Shown in pieces: positions 45,266 through 55,406 of a stretch of DNA of 64,000 nucleotides; the stretch's first letter is position 1, and each line of letters starts with the position of its first letter. The translations under genes and the position numbers were made by a program. The notes below the pieces were generated by a model. That model worked only from the letters and a program-made list of their open reading frames with translations, had not been told where the DNA came from and ran no database searches. This DNA is from an uncultured virus (IMG/VR IMGVR_UViG_3300025872_000049) (taxonomy: Duplodnaviria > Heunggongvirae > Uroviricota > Caudoviricetes): IMG/VR virus record IMGVR_UViG_3300025872_000049; one strand, written 5' to 3'.

Positions 45266-47581
45266 TCAGGAGAACTTCAGACGGCAACGACAATTAATCG
45301 TAAGGTTCGGAGGTGCTGTTGGGTCTCCGGGGAATCGGAGCACTGAACCATCAGCCATAAATCCTTCGCCGAGTCCGACGCTCTTGCCGTGAAGAACCTG
45401 ATGTTCGTTTCGGACGCGCGAATCACGCCTCGTCAGCCAAGTCTTTTTAGTTACCCGTAACTGCTTTCCCGCCATATAGACGCCAGCATTGAAGGCAGTC
45501 TGAGATTCGTGTTCCGCAATCAATCGTCGACGCTTGCCGAGCAAGTTGGCAAAGATTGCTACAAGAGCCGCACGAAGAATACTGAGCCGGTCTTCCTCGT
45601 CTTCGTTGGCAATTGCCATAGCCACAAGGAGAGCAGCCGCAATTTCTTCCTTGGTTGTCTGATTGACCTTCTGGGTGCGGGCGACCTGCTCCGCTACATA
45701 CCTCTTGAACTCTTCCTCATCTAGTTCATTCGGTTCGCCAGATTTGCTGAATGATAGTTCAGCAGCATCATTGACAATAGCCGAGTAGACGGGCGCTAAG
45801 TCATCAGCAAGTTGGCGATTCCAGATGTTCTCATCAAACACATCATCGGTACGGAGTTCACGACTATTCATTAGTCGCTTGGCTTTTGCTCCAAGTGCCT
45901 TTTCTAGGACAACCCGTTGTTGTCTTTCGAAAAATCGCTCCAAGTTGCGGTCAAGGATTTCAGCCCACCGTTCTGAGGTCTGCTCTGCTTTGATGTCCCA
46001 TTCGTCAATAACTTGGGTATCCATCTTGGTCTCGAATCGACCATGACGTGCTGAGAGTTGACCAGGAGCGCCTTGAGCCGGAGGGGCGACTGCTTCAATT
46101 TCTGGACCAGGCGATGCGCCGGGGGCAATCTGGTCAGTCGGACCCGGCTCACCGGCTGGAGTTGCCGGACCAGTTACCTGCTCTTCTGGAACGGTCTGTG
46201 CTTCTTGTCCAATCATCGGAAGACCCGGAGGCTGTGCCTGTCCTTCAGCGGGAGGAACAGGTGCTCCAGCCATTTCTCCCCCTGCCGGAGGTGCTCCGCC
46301 CGGAGGCGCTGCGCCCATATCAACCGGTTGCACCTGACCGGTCTCAAACGGCTTTTCGGTGTTAGCAATAGGAGCCATATTCGGACTAACTAGGAGACTG
46401 TCAGCAAGTTCTGACTCAACAGTCTTGCGACCCGTGACCTTGCGATATTCATTCACGCTGATGAGACCAGCCTGAAATTCATCCATCGAATAACGCTCAC
46501 GCTCTTGCTTGGCGATAATCAGAATGGGAATCTGACCTGTCTCGAAGTCAACATAAAACTTGTCATCAAGTTCATCAAGACCACGAGCAATCTGCTCAAG
46601 GTGAGGCATCATCGTTTCCATCCAGAAAACACGAAGTTCCTCAGCGGCGTTATTAAAGGTTCGGCCAGCCGCATTTCCAATAACAGATTCCGGAACGCCA
46701 AAGGCAGCCAGAATTTCTTCCTTCGTCAACTGGCGCATTTCTACATAACTTGCATCCCGAGGGGATGACGATGTATCGATGTAGTCAGCACCATCATCGG
46801 ATGAGATGACCGTAATAGCGCCCGTGCGGTTCAGGTTTCCTCGGAACCGACTTCGGAGTTCATCTTTATCATCATCATCAATCTCTGAGCGAAGAACTAG
46901 CAAGCCACCCGGACGACCATCATTAAGCAAGAAATTACGGTTATAGAGTTTGGAGAGATTCTCAATCTCAATAGCAATTCCTGCTGACTCCATTGGAGTC
47001 AAAGACAAGTAGGGGTCAATCGGGTGGGGTCGCCGAATCCACAGAACATCATCGGGCGGAACAATGACTTTCTCACCAGTGGGCATTTGAACTTCGTAGC
47101 CAGCAACAAACCTTTTCGCATCGGGAATTGGTGAGGTGAACTGAGGTGGGAGAAGGTTTAGGGCAATGAGTTTGCCGGAGCGCCCACGAATCTTTTCAAT
47201 AAAGACGCCACGGGTGCTCATCAAAAGTTGACTAGACATCCGATAGCGGAAGATAAAACTGTTTTCGCCCTGATTGGCACGACTATTTAGTAGGTCAAGT
47301 ATCTCGTGCTTACGGGTAAGAATTTCGCCATTGGGGTCATTGTCTTTGCGAAGAATGATGGGCAGTCGCGCTTGGTTGCCAGCGATGGCATCAATGCATC
47401 GGTTAACCCAAGTAACCTTCTGCATTCCTTCGCGATAAGCGCGCTCAATGTCCCACGAATCACGATAACCCTTTCCAGCGATGGCGGGATTATTGGCAAT
47501 TGGCGAGCCGGGTCCAAGGTTCGCTGCCTTCCCCTCCATTGAGGTGCCGAGGCTTTTCGTATTTCGTGAATTCCAAGCCAT
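45266..47581 (-). CDS. Portal protein fused to MuF-like head morphogenesis domain
   Basis: HK97-type portal motifs; C-terminal KKTW..RRDSRVR..H...FPGDP...INCRC. Confidence 0.9.
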   Translation of the reverse strand: MAWNSRNTKSLGTSMEGKAANLGPGSPIANNPAIAGKGYRDSWDIERAYREGMQKVTWVNRCIDAIAGNQARLPIILRKDNDPNGEILTRKHEILDLLNSRANQGENSFIFRYRMSSQLLMSTRGVFIEKIRGRSGKLIALNLLPPQFTSPIPDAKRFVAGYEVQMPTGEKVIVPPDDVLWIRRPHPIDPYLSLTPMESAGIAIEIENLSKLYNRNFLLNDGRPGGLLVLRSEIDDDDKDELRSRFRGNLNRTGAITVISSDDGADYIDTSSSPRDASYVEMRQLTKEEILAAFGVPESVIGNAAGRTFNNAAEELRVFWMETMMPHLEQIARGLDELDDKFYVDFETGQIPILIIAKQERERYSMDEFQAGLISVNEYRKVTGRKTVESELADSLLVSPNMAPIANTEKPFETGQVQPVDMGAAPPGGAPPAGGEMAGAPVPPAEGQAQPPGLPMIGQEAQTVPEEQVTGPATPAGEPGPTDQIAPGASPGPEIEAVAPPAQGAPGQLSARHGRFETKMDTQVIDEWDIKAEQTSERWAEILDRNLERFFERQQRVVLEKALGAKAKRLMNSRELRTDDVFDENIWNRQLADDLAPVYSAIVNDAAELSFSKSGEPNELDEEEFKRYVAEQVARTQKVNQTTKEEIAAALLVAMAIANEDEEDRLSILRAALVAIFANLLGKRRRLIAEHESQTAFNAGVYMAGKQLRVTKKTWLTRRDSRVRNEHQVLHGKSVGLGEGFMADGSVLRFPGDPTAPPNLTINCRCRLKFS

Positions 47582-47583
47582 AT

Positions 47584-47802
47584 TTATTCAGACCCCAACA
47601 GGTAGCCAAAGAGACCGCAAGCAGTTCCAGCCACGATAAAGCCCGCGGCTGGTAAAATCATGTAAGCACCAACACCTGTCAATAGTATAAACGCAAACAT
47701 TAAGGAATTAGCGGTTAGAGCACGCCAGTTACGAACTCTTGATAATGCAAAGATTTTTTTCACGTTCACCTCAAAGCGCCTGCTGACACTAATGTATCGC
47801 AC
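47584..47802 (-). CDS. Small membrane protein preceding portal
   Basis: Two TM segments; start uncertain. Confidence 0.65.
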   Translation of the reverse strand: MRYISVSRRFEVNVKKIFALSRVRNWRALTANSLMFAFILLTGVGAYMILPAAGFIVAGTACGLFGYLLGSE

Positions 47803-47821
47803 TAGAGATTAGGAAGGCGCA

Positions 47822-49126
47822 ATGGCTGATTGGGACAAGATTCTAAAGTATCTAGAGCCGAAGACACCTGAGTACTGCCCTGAGGTTCCTTCAATAACTC
47901 AAAAGGTCTTCCTCCGTACTTATGCTCTTGAGGCACTCTTTGGCGGAGCAGCCGGTGGAGGCAAGTCAAGTGCCTTGCTCATGGCGGCACTCCAGTATGT
48001 AGACGTGCCGGGGTATTCGGCTATTCTTTTCCGTCGCACCTACGCCGACCTTGCGCTTCCCGGAGCCATCATGGACCGCTTTACCTCATGGATGGCTAAA
48101 TATGACGATGTCCGCTGGAACTCCAATAATTACACCGCCGTGTTCCCATCAGGAGCCAGAATCTCATTTGGTTACCTAAATAATCAGCAGGACTACCTCA
48201 GATATAAGGGCGCTGAATTTCAGTTCATCGGGATGGATGAGGTGACCGAAATTAGAGAATCTGACTATCGGTACCTATTCTCCCGTCTCCGCCGACCCGC
48301 AAAAGGGTCGTTGGCGCAGGTCCCCCTCCGAATGCGAGCCGCATCGAACCCAGCCCCAAACTGGGTTCGTCAACGCTTTATCGTTGAGGGGCAAAATCAA
48401 GGGCGGATATTCGTTCCATCTAAACTCCACGACAACCCCGGCATTGACGCAGAGTCATACCGGCAGGCGCTTCAAGCCCTTGACCCTGTTGAGAGGCGTC
48501 GTCTTGAGGAGGGAGACTGGTTCAGTACCAGCCTCGGAAGCCTCTTTGAGCGGGAAAACTTCATAATTATTGACCCGCACGAGGTCCCCCAAATCGCTTC
48601 CAATGCTAGAGCAGTCAGGTTTTGGGACCTTGCGGCAACTGAGCCATCACATTCCAACCCGAATCCTGACTGGACAGTAGGAACACTTGTCCTATTAGAT
48701 GGGGGTGTAAGTTACATTCTTGATGTCAAGAAGGCTCGGGTAAAGGGCGAGAAAGTTGAACAACTCATTGCGCAGACTGCCTATGAGGACGGACCGTCGG
48801 TTGCGATTCGAATGGAGCAGGAACCAGGCTCTAGTGGAAAAGCCCTCGTAGACCAGTATGCGAGGTATGTGCTGCCGGGTTATGACTTCATTGGCATCCG
48901 GTCAACGGGAGACAAAATTACACGTGCTCGCCCATTTGCCGCTGCCGTAGCCAACGGTAATGTCAGAGTCGTTCGTGGGTCATGGTTAACGGAGTGGCTT
49001 GACGAATTTGCTTCTTTTCCCGAAGCATGCGACCATGACGACCAAGTTGACTCTGCCGTCGGAGCGTTCACACATTTGACAGGGTTAGGGTTGCCTCAAA
49101 GACGGAGAGCGTCTATAATCCTCTGA
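47822..49126 (+). CDS. terL: Terminase large subunit
   Basis: GGAAGGGKS, MDE, ASNP, FWDLA, HDDQVDS. Confidence 0.95.
   Translation: MADWDKILKYLEPKTPEYCPEVPSITQKVFLRTYALEALFGGAAGGGKSSALLMAALQYVDVPGYSAILFRRTYADLALPGAIMDRFTSWMAKYDDVRWNSNNYTAVFPSGARISFGYLNNQQDYLRYKGAEFQFIGMDEVTEIRESDYRYLFSRLRRPAKGSLAQVPLRMRAASNPAPNWVRQRFIVEGQNQGRIFVPSKLHDNPGIDAESYRQALQALDPVERRRLEEGDWFSTSLGSLFERENFIIIDPHEVPQIASNARAVRFWDLAATEPSHSNPNPDWTVGTLVLLDGGVSYILDVKKARVKGEKVEQLIAQTAYEDGPSVAIRMEQEPGSSGKALVDQYARYVLPGYDFIGIRSTGDKITRARPFAAAVANGNVRVVRGSWLTEWLDEFASFPEACDHDDQVDSAVGAFTHLTGLGLPQRRRASIIL
49091..49119 (+). promoter_or_regulatory. Sigma-A promoter inside the terL 3' end
   Basis: TTGCCT-17-TATAAT followed by ATACCAACTACGAAA. 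Confidence 0.7.
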
Positions 49127-49157
49127 ATACCAACTACGAAATTTGCTAGGAGTGAAA

Positions 49158-49673
49158 ATGACTGAAAATGCTGTCTTGTCATGGCGCACAGCCGTGGACG
49201 AGTTTCAACAGGCAATTCTCGTTCTTGATGAGCGAATGAATGCCCATAGAACGAATGCGGACAACTCCGTTGATGACGAATGCGAACTGCTGGTTCGGCT
49301 ATCCAATTTGAAGACTCAAATTGCGGTGCTCTACGACGACCAAGTCAAGCACCTGATGGACAAGATGACGGAGACGGAACTGGTTACCCTGAATAGTGGT
49401 GAAACCATTGAAAAGAAATGGTCAAAAGACCGCAAGGGCTGGAAGCATAAGGACTTAGCGTCCGTTGTTGCTTCCCGTATTGAAAATCTCGCTATCGATA
49501 TGGATACTGGTGAGCGAGTAATGAGTTCGTCCGAAATGATTACGAAGTTGCTGGATTTTGTCCAGCCCTCGTACTGGCGAGTAACTGCGCTCAACGAAAT
49601 CGGCATTAATGCTGATGACTTCTGCGAGGCAGGCGATTCCAAACCATCACTCTCTATTAGGAAGGCAAATTAA
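49158..49673 (+). CDS. Hypothetical protein
   Basis: AGGAG SD; coupled to Sak gene. Confidence 0.75.
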   Translation: MTENAVLSWRTAVDEFQQAILVLDERMNAHRTNADNSVDDECELLVRLSNLKTQIAVLYDDQVKHLMDKMTETELVTLNSGETIEKKWSKDRKGWKHKDLASVVASRIENLAIDMDTGERVMSSSEMITKLLDFVQPSYWRVTALNEIGINADDFCEAGDSKPSLSIRKAN

Positions 49674-50377
49674 TGAATGACAATATGTATGACCGTCTGT
49701 CCGAACCATTTCCGGAGGAGATGGAGCGAACAGTTCAGAAGAGTGGCACACGACTGACATACCTTCCGGTTTCGGAAATTATCAACCGGATGAATCGAAT
49801 CTTTGGACCGACCGGCTGGACGCATCAGGTTTTGTCATGTGGACGCGACGCCATTGATAATGACTGGGTTGTTGCTCATGTGCGAGTTTCCGTCTCCCAT
49901 GAGGGGAAGAACTCAGACTGGCATTACTCAAGCCACGATGGATTCGGTGGCGTGCGCGTCAAGCGAACTAAGAATGGTGACATCGTTGACCTTGGCGATG
50001 AGTTCAAGGGAGCCGTATCTGATGCCATGAAAAAGGCATGTCAGCATTTCGGCGTTGGTCTTTATCTTGCTCGTGACGCTGAAGCAATTGAGGTGGACGA
50101 GGCAATGCACGCACCTGTTGCGCCCGCCCCTGCTCCGATGTCCGTGAGCCTCAAGGATAAGTATGACCGTTTCATTGAAGTTAGGGCATTGCTGACAGAT
50201 GAGCAGGTCGCCAGCCTTCGTGAATATTGGAATTCCTACAGCGATGGGCGACCGGTTCCGAAGCCTTCGGAGTTCACCGAAAAAGAACTTGAGGTCTTGA
50301 CTGTTGAAGCCCTGCGCCTCCAGTTCAATGGTGTCGTTCAGGCTCAGGTTGATGGAGAAGAAGCAGAGGGGGAGTAA
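49673..50377 (+). CDS. Rad52/Rad22-family (Sak) single-strand annealing protein
   Basis: LTYL....I.RMN.IFG..GW...KGAVSDAMKKAC..FGVGLYL. Confidence 0.85.
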   Translation: MNDNMYDRLSEPFPEEMERTVQKSGTRLTYLPVSEIINRMNRIFGPTGWTHQVLSCGRDAIDNDWVVAHVRVSVSHEGKNSDWHYSSHDGFGGVRVKRTKNGDIVDLGDEFKGAVSDAMKKACQHFGVGLYLARDAEAIEVDEAMHAPVAPAPAPMSVSLKDKYDRFIEVRALLTDEQVASLREYWNSYSDGRPVPKPSEFTEKELEVLTVEALRLQFNGVVQAQVDGEEAEGE

Positions 50378-51129
50378 TGCTCACAGCGCCCCCTCATCTT
50401 TCCCCTTCATCCATCAATACATTCCAGCAATGTCCGCTGAAGTTTAAGTTCAGCAAGATTGACGGGCTGATGGAGCCTCCGACTGTTCATACACTGCTCG
50501 GTAACTTTGTGCATGACATCTTGGAATCGCTCTACAACCTTTCTATCGACCAAAGAACCATGCCTGTAGCAAGGGCGTTGGCACGGTCGCATTGGGAAGA
50601 AACTTATGAAGCGAAGGTGGAATCACTTTCTCTTAATAAGCATGATTTCCGCTGGAAAGCGTGGTGGTGTGTAGAGAACCTCTACAAAATTGAGGACCCC
50701 ATCGAAACCTGTCCTGCCGGTATTGAGTACGAAGTTAATGGTCAGATTGAAGGTGTAACAGTCAAGGGTTTCATTGACCGATTTGAAGTTCTTGACGACA
50801 ATACATTGCTCATTTCAGACTATAAAACCGGCAAAGTCCCCAGTCCAAAATATATGGATGACAAGTTCCAGCAACTTTTCATTTATGCCGCAATGGTAGA
50901 TGCGCTCGGTGTTGGCTCAGCGTCTCGGGTTTCGCTAATGTATTTGGTGGCACCTAAGGTGCTTTCGCGCGATGTAACGCAGGAAAGTATTGAAGCAACA
51001 GTAGAAACAATCGTCTCTACTAAGAAGCAAATTGACATTTATTGCGAAGAAGAGAACTTCCCAGCCAAACAAAGTGGCTTGTGTAATTTTTGCCACTTCA
51101 AGAAAATGTGCCCTGCGTGGGTGAGATAG
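50377..51129 (+). CDS. PD-(D/E)xK RecB/Cas4-like exonuclease
   Basis: LSPSS..QCP; GFIDR; DYKTG; QL.IY; CNFCHF...C. Confidence 0.9.
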   Translation: MLTAPPHLSPSSINTFQQCPLKFKFSKIDGLMEPPTVHTLLGNFVHDILESLYNLSIDQRTMPVARALARSHWEETYEAKVESLSLNKHDFRWKAWWCVENLYKIEDPIETCPAGIEYEVNGQIEGVTVKGFIDRFEVLDDNTLLISDYKTGKVPSPKYMDDKFQQLFIYAAMVDALGVGSASRVSLMYLVAPKVLSRDVTQESIEATVETIVSTKKQIDIYCEEENFPAKQSGLCNFCHFKKMCPAWVR

Positions 51130-51136
51130 AGGAATT

Positions 51137-51646
51137 ATGAATGACGATTCATTTGCACGTCTTGTAGCAGAAGAAGTAAAGAACAAGGTTTCTCGCAGTC
51201 AGCGAGAGATTTTGCTCCAGAAGGAAAACTGGGATAAGTGGCGGAGAGCGTTGATTGCCCTTATTGAGACTCTTCAAGTGCAACTTGACAATATTAGCGA
51301 GGACCAAGATGCGGACAAAGAGCGGTATGGGCGATTGGGTCCAGACGGCACTCGTTTGCTTGCTACGGCAATCGCTGATTACGAACAGAGGCGTTCAAAG
51401 ATTGAGCGTTTTAAGTTCCATGTAGAGCGTCGACTTGATGAAGTTGAGCAGATGATTACAACTGGTTCGTTGCCAGAAGCCGACCCACTTAAAAATGCGG
51501 TTCTTTACGAGAATGCTATCAAAAAGCATAAGTCAATGATTGAAGAGTTTGATATTGAGCCTACTCCTATCGATTTAGCGCTCTGGAATGCTCTTGATGG
51601 TGTTTGGGCTTTCAGCAAGATTAAGGCTGAGGACATTCTTGAGTGA
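51137..51646 (+). CDS. Coiled-coil hypothetical protein
   Basis: GAGG SD; operon context. Confidence 0.7.
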   Translation: MNDDSFARLVAEEVKNKVSRSQREILLQKENWDKWRRALIALIETLQVQLDNISEDQDADKERYGRLGPDGTRLLATAIADYEQRRSKIERFKFHVERRLDEVEQMITTGSLPEADPLKNAVLYENAIKKHKSMIEEFDIEPTPIDLALWNALDGVWAFSKIKAEDILE

Positions 51647-51658
51647 TACGGTTAGTCC

Positions 51659-51997
51659 GTGAAACGCGGAAAGCCGATGAAACGCACGCCCCTCGCAAAG
51701 AGGTCAGCCAAGCGTCAGGAAGTCTATAAAGAGCGCATACCGCTTGTAAAGCGCCTGCTTAAAGAGCGTCCATGGTGCGAAGCATGCCCTGTCTTTGCTA
51801 AGCACGACAAGGTAGTTGTTTATATTCGACGTCCAAGTCAGGACATCCACGAGTTGAAGCGTCGGAGCCAGATGGGTTCAATTCTTGACGAGAGCAATCT
51901 ATTGGCAGTATGCCGTGAGTGCCATCGGCGTATTGGAAATGAACCGCAGTTGGCATTTGACCTTGGACTCTCTATTCACGGCTGGGAAGAAGACTAA
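51659..51997 (+). CDS. HNH endonuclease
   Basis: CEAC...DIHE...NLLAVCRECH. Confidence 0.8.
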   Translation: MKRGKPMKRTPLAKRSAKRQEVYKERIPLVKRLLKERPWCEACPVFAKHDKVVVYIRRPSQDIHELKRRSQMGSILDESNLLAVCRECHRRIGNEPQLAFDLGLSIHGWEED

Positions 51998-52006
51998 GGC
52001 TCAGTC

Positions 52007-52543
52007 ATGAAATCAATTCTTGGTCTTGACCTCTCCTTGACAAGCACCGGCTACAGCGGATGTGGCAAGAGTGGAGCGATTTCATCTAAATTCAAGGGAG
52101 TAGAGCGCCTAGATGACATTAGTCAACAACTTCATAATTTAGTTACAACATTACCAAATGACACAGTTGTCATTATAGAAGGCTATTCATTTGCAAGTCG
52201 TCATTCACAGGCTCACGCAATTGGAGAACTCGGTGGCGTCGTAAGGCTGACCCTTCATCGGTTGGGCATTCCGTTCATAGAAGTTCCACCCACCTGCCGA
52301 GCAAAGTTTGCAACTGGACGCGGAAATGCATCAAAGAATGAGGTTATTTCTGCGCTCTCAGCAAGAACAGGAATTATTTGGTCCGGTAAAAGCGCCGACG
52401 ATGAGGCTGATGCATGGATTCTAGAAGAGATGGGCAGATGCATTGTGGGCAACCAGCGTTACGACTGGCCCAAAGCAAACCTTGATGCCCTAGACAAGAT
52501 AGACTGGTCACTTATTAAGAACTATGGAGATACTAATGAATGA
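52007..52543 (+). CDS. ruvC: RuvC-like Holliday junction resolvase
   Basis: ILGLDLSLTSTG, IIEGY, GELGG, DEADA. Confidence 0.85.
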   Translation: MKSILGLDLSLTSTGYSGCGKSGAISSKFKGVERLDDISQQLHNLVTTLPNDTVVIIEGYSFASRHSQAHAIGELGGVVRLTLHRLGIPFIEVPPTCRAKFATGRGNASKNEVISALSARTGIIWSGKSADDEADAWILEEMGRCIVGNQRYDWPKANLDALDKIDWSLIKNYGDTNE

Positions 52544-52754
52544 CGACATCGTGACACGACTATTAGATTTCAAGCCATTGAATGACGCTGATTTAGCGAG
52601 ACTCATGCTGGATGCCGCCGACGAGATTGAACGACTGCGGGCCGAAGTCAATCTTTGGATGGGGTCGGCAGAACTCTTTGCAGAGTCCGACCCGAAGTTT
52701 GAGGCGTTCCGGTTTTATTTCCGTGCGAGAACAAAGGCGGTGCGTGGTGAGTGA
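52536..52754 (+). CDS. Hypothetical protein (DIV.RL...AADEIERLR family)
   Basis: GGAG SD. Confidence 0.65.
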   Translation: MNDDIVTRLLDFKPLNDADLARLMLDAADEIERLRAEVNLWMGSAELFAESDPKFEAFRFYFRARTKAVRGE

Positions 52755-53130
52755 CGGCCCGAACCTCTACCTGATAGCCGAACTAGATGCCAACTGCGCA
52801 GTCATGGGGGCGTACTACTGCGGAGAATGCCTCCAATGTCAGGCATCTGCTGAAATTAGACGGTTGCGCGCTGAGCGCGACCACTGGAAATCCCAATATG
52901 CCTCAGCGATGAAAATGATTGATGAACTGGATATTGAACTTGAGCGTTTTCATGAGGACTATAACCTCATTCAATTAGTTGCTCGCTATGGAAGTCATAG
53001 TGCTCTCGTTGACGCTTGGGGCGAGGATAAGGCGAGCATCGTACATGCCGAATTAAGTGAAGCAGAAAAACGTCACCGGTCATATCAGTGGAACCAAATT
53101 ATGAGACAAGCAAAGGCAGACAATGACTAG
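52747..53130 (+). CDS. Hypothetical protein
   Basis: Overlapping GTG start; CxxCxxC. Confidence 0.55.
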   Translation: MSDGPNLYLIAELDANCAVMGAYYCGECLQCQASAEIRRLRAERDHWKSQYASAMKMIDELDIELERFHEDYNLIQLVARYGSHSALVDAWGEDKASIVHAELSEAEKRHRSYQWNQIMRQAKADND

Positions 53131-53467
53131 AAGTCGCCCAATAAGTCAGGTCGAAGTTGAAGAGGAAATCATGCGTCTTACTGACCTGCTGGAACAGGAA
53201 ACAGAAGCGTTTGAGACACTCGCTGTTGACTCCTCAGTAAAAGAAGCAAATTATAAGTCCACTTGGGCGAAAGAATACCTTGGCGCTAAAGGCTCCATTA
53301 AAGAGCGTGAGGCATGGGCAGACTACAAACTTGAGGACCTAACGCATCAGTACAAAATCAGCGAGGCGCTCGTCAAGGCTAAGAGAGAAAAACTCCACTC
53401 CCTCAGGACATCAATCGATGCCCTACGGACGCTGGCTGCAAACGTGAGAGCGCAGGTGATGCAATGA
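53123..53467 (+). CDS. Coiled-coil hypothetical protein
   Basis: Operon coupling. Confidence 0.7.
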   Translation: MTRSRPISQVEVEEEIMRLTDLLEQETEAFETLAVDSSVKEANYKSTWAKEYLGAKGSIKEREAWADYKLEDLTHQYKISEALVKAKREKLHSLRTSIDALRTLAANVRAQVMQ

Positions 53468-54240
53468 GACATCAAGTAGACGAGTCACTCAAAGACCTTT
53501 TAGTTGAAGTATCAACACTGGTTCCACTAGAGAACAACCCACGGCGAGGAAATGTTGAGGCAATCCTTGCGTCATACCGTGAGTTCGGTCAACTTAAGCC
53601 CATCGTCGTTCGCCCAAATGATGATGGAACAGCAACCGTTATCGCTGGAAATCATCAACTCCAAGCCGCTAAAAAACTCGGCTGGACACATATTGCTGCC
53701 GTAAAGTTTGATGCTGACGATTCCCGAGCAGTGGCATTTGCTCTAGCAGATAACAGAACAAATGAACTTGGATACACCGAAGCATCTGCCCTTAATGCTC
53801 TTCTTCAGGAAGTTAGCACCAACTACAGCGACCTGCTTGACGGGATGGGCTGGGATATGTTTGAGATGGCGTCCATCAGTGAGCAGGCGCGTCGTATTGA
53901 GATTGCTCAAGACTCCGAACCAGGCTATGTGGCTCCAGTAATCATTAATCCGATTACAGAAGAGCCACCTGCAATCGCCGTTCAGGAGACTGAAGATGGT
54001 GGGCGAATTGTTCCAGCACAGGATGTTGACAACCGCAAGGTAGCGACGACCGGAAGTACATTGATTGGGGCGTCTGGTGTAAAGAACGCTGTCGTCCAAT
54101 ACAGCCTTGTCTTTGACAATGTTGAACAGCAGACAAAGTGGTACTCGTTCATGCGCTGGCTTCGTTCTGACCCAGCAATTGATGGAGACACGTTTGCCGA
54201 GAAACTCATTAATTTTATTGACTCACACGCGGACTACTGA
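53464..54240 (+). CDS. ParB/Srx N-terminal domain protein
   Basis: NPRRG...FGQLKPIVV...IAGNH...ALADNR. Confidence 0.85.
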   Translation: MRHQVDESLKDLLVEVSTLVPLENNPRRGNVEAILASYREFGQLKPIVVRPNDDGTATVIAGNHQLQAAKKLGWTHIAAVKFDADDSRAVAFALADNRTNELGYTEASALNALLQEVSTNYSDLLDGMGWDMFEMASISEQARRIEIAQDSEPGYVAPVIINPITEEPPAIAVQETEDGGRIVPAQDVDNRKVATTGSTLIGASGVKNAVVQYSLVFDNVEQQTKWYSFMRWLRSDPAIDGDTFAEKLINFIDSHADY

Positions 54241-54242
54241 CG

Positions 54243-55406
54243 ATGACAAGACAACGAATGTTCCTAGACATCAACTGTGTTGAAGCGGCGCGTGAACGGA
54301 TACGTCATGTGTACGACACCTTTGACACCGTTTGTGTTCAGTTTTCGGGTGGAAAAGACAGCACAGCAGTGCTTTACCTCGCCAAGGAGATTCATGAAGA
54401 GCGAGGTCTTGGACCGGTAAAAGTCATTTTCCGAGACGAAGAAATGGTGTCGCCTCTGGTTCTTAAATACATTGAAGAGGTTCGACAATATGACTGGGTT
54501 GACATGGAGTGGTACTGCATGCCAATGGGTCAAGAAGTCTGGGTTCTAGGTCGGCGAGAGTTCTGTTTGCTGTGGTCCGCAAAGCGTGAGCGAGAAGGTC
54601 GTTTGTATCGCCCAATTCCAGAATGGGCAATTACCGCTGAGCACTTTGGCTTGACACGAGACCAAGTCCTTCCAGAGTCAATTGACTACTACACAATGCA
54701 GGGAAAAACCGGACGAGTCGCATTCCTGACCGGAGTTAGGGCGAATGAGTCAATGATTCGCTATCGCGCATGCGTTCAGAAACTCCATGAGAACTACATC
54801 AATGTTCCCTTCAAAATGAAGAAGTCAATACCTTTACGGTTTGCGAAAGTCATTTATGACTGGACAACGAATGATGTTCTTAAGTTCATATCCGAGGAGC
54901 ATGGGGCAAATTATTGCGAGTACTATGACCATGCCGCGGTCGCTGGCGCCAACACACGCGTTGGCATTCCGCTTCATTCTGTGGCTATCCGGCGCATTAA
55001 AGATGTGGTCAATACGGAGCCAGAGTTTTATGACCGGCTTGTGGAGTGCTTCCCTCATATTGATGCTCAGAGACGACTTTGGTCAGAGTTTGATATTGAA
55101 CTGATGATTGAGATGTACTCATCACGTGGGTGGAAGGGCGTTGAATACTGCATCAACGAAAATATGTTGACTCCGGGTCTTCGCCAGAGAGCATTAGCAT
55201 TTTCAGCAGAATTTCGTAAAAAGCACAAACTTGACCCATACTCCTACCCAGTAAGTTGGCTTATTCGTAATCTGTTGCTAAATGAGTTCAACATCAGTTC
55301 GGTAACACCAGTCGGACCAAAAACAAAAGCACATACAATGCGTTTAGCCGAAGCGCAAGAAATGGCTGAACTAGACGCCCTTGACTATCAGGATGATTCA
55401 CGATAA
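54243..55406 (+). CDS. PAPS-reductase-family (IbrA-like) protein
   Basis: FSGGKDS PP-loop, FRDEE, GVRANES..R, IYDW..NDV. Confidence 0.85.
   Translation: MTRQRMFLDINCVEAARERIRHVYDTFDTVCVQFSGGKDSTAVLYLAKEIHEERGLGPVKVIFRDEEMVSPLVLKYIEEVRQYDWVDMEWYCMPMGQEVWVLGRREFCLLWSAKREREGRLYRPIPEWAITAEHFGLTRDQVLPESIDYYTMQGKTGRVAFLTGVRANESMIRYRACVQKLHENYINVPFKMKKSIPLRFAKVIYDWTTNDVLKFISEEHGANYCEYYDHAAVAGANTRVGIPLHSVAIRRIKDVVNTEPEFYDRLVECFPHIDAQRRLWSEFDIELMIEMYSSRGWKGVEYCINENMLTPGLRQRALAFSAEFRKKHKLDPYSYPVSWLIRNLLLNEFNISSVTPVGPKTKAHTMRLAEAQEMAELDALDYQDDSR

Noticed and set aside
45239..45266. TTTCAGTAAAT direct repeat/hairpin upstream of the protease
   Set aside because: Plausibly regulatory, but only two intergenic copies plus one coding copy; not enough support
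50377..51129. Cas4-like nuclease as part of a CRISPR system
   Set aside because: It sits in the usual Sak-exonuclease recombination module with no other cas genes
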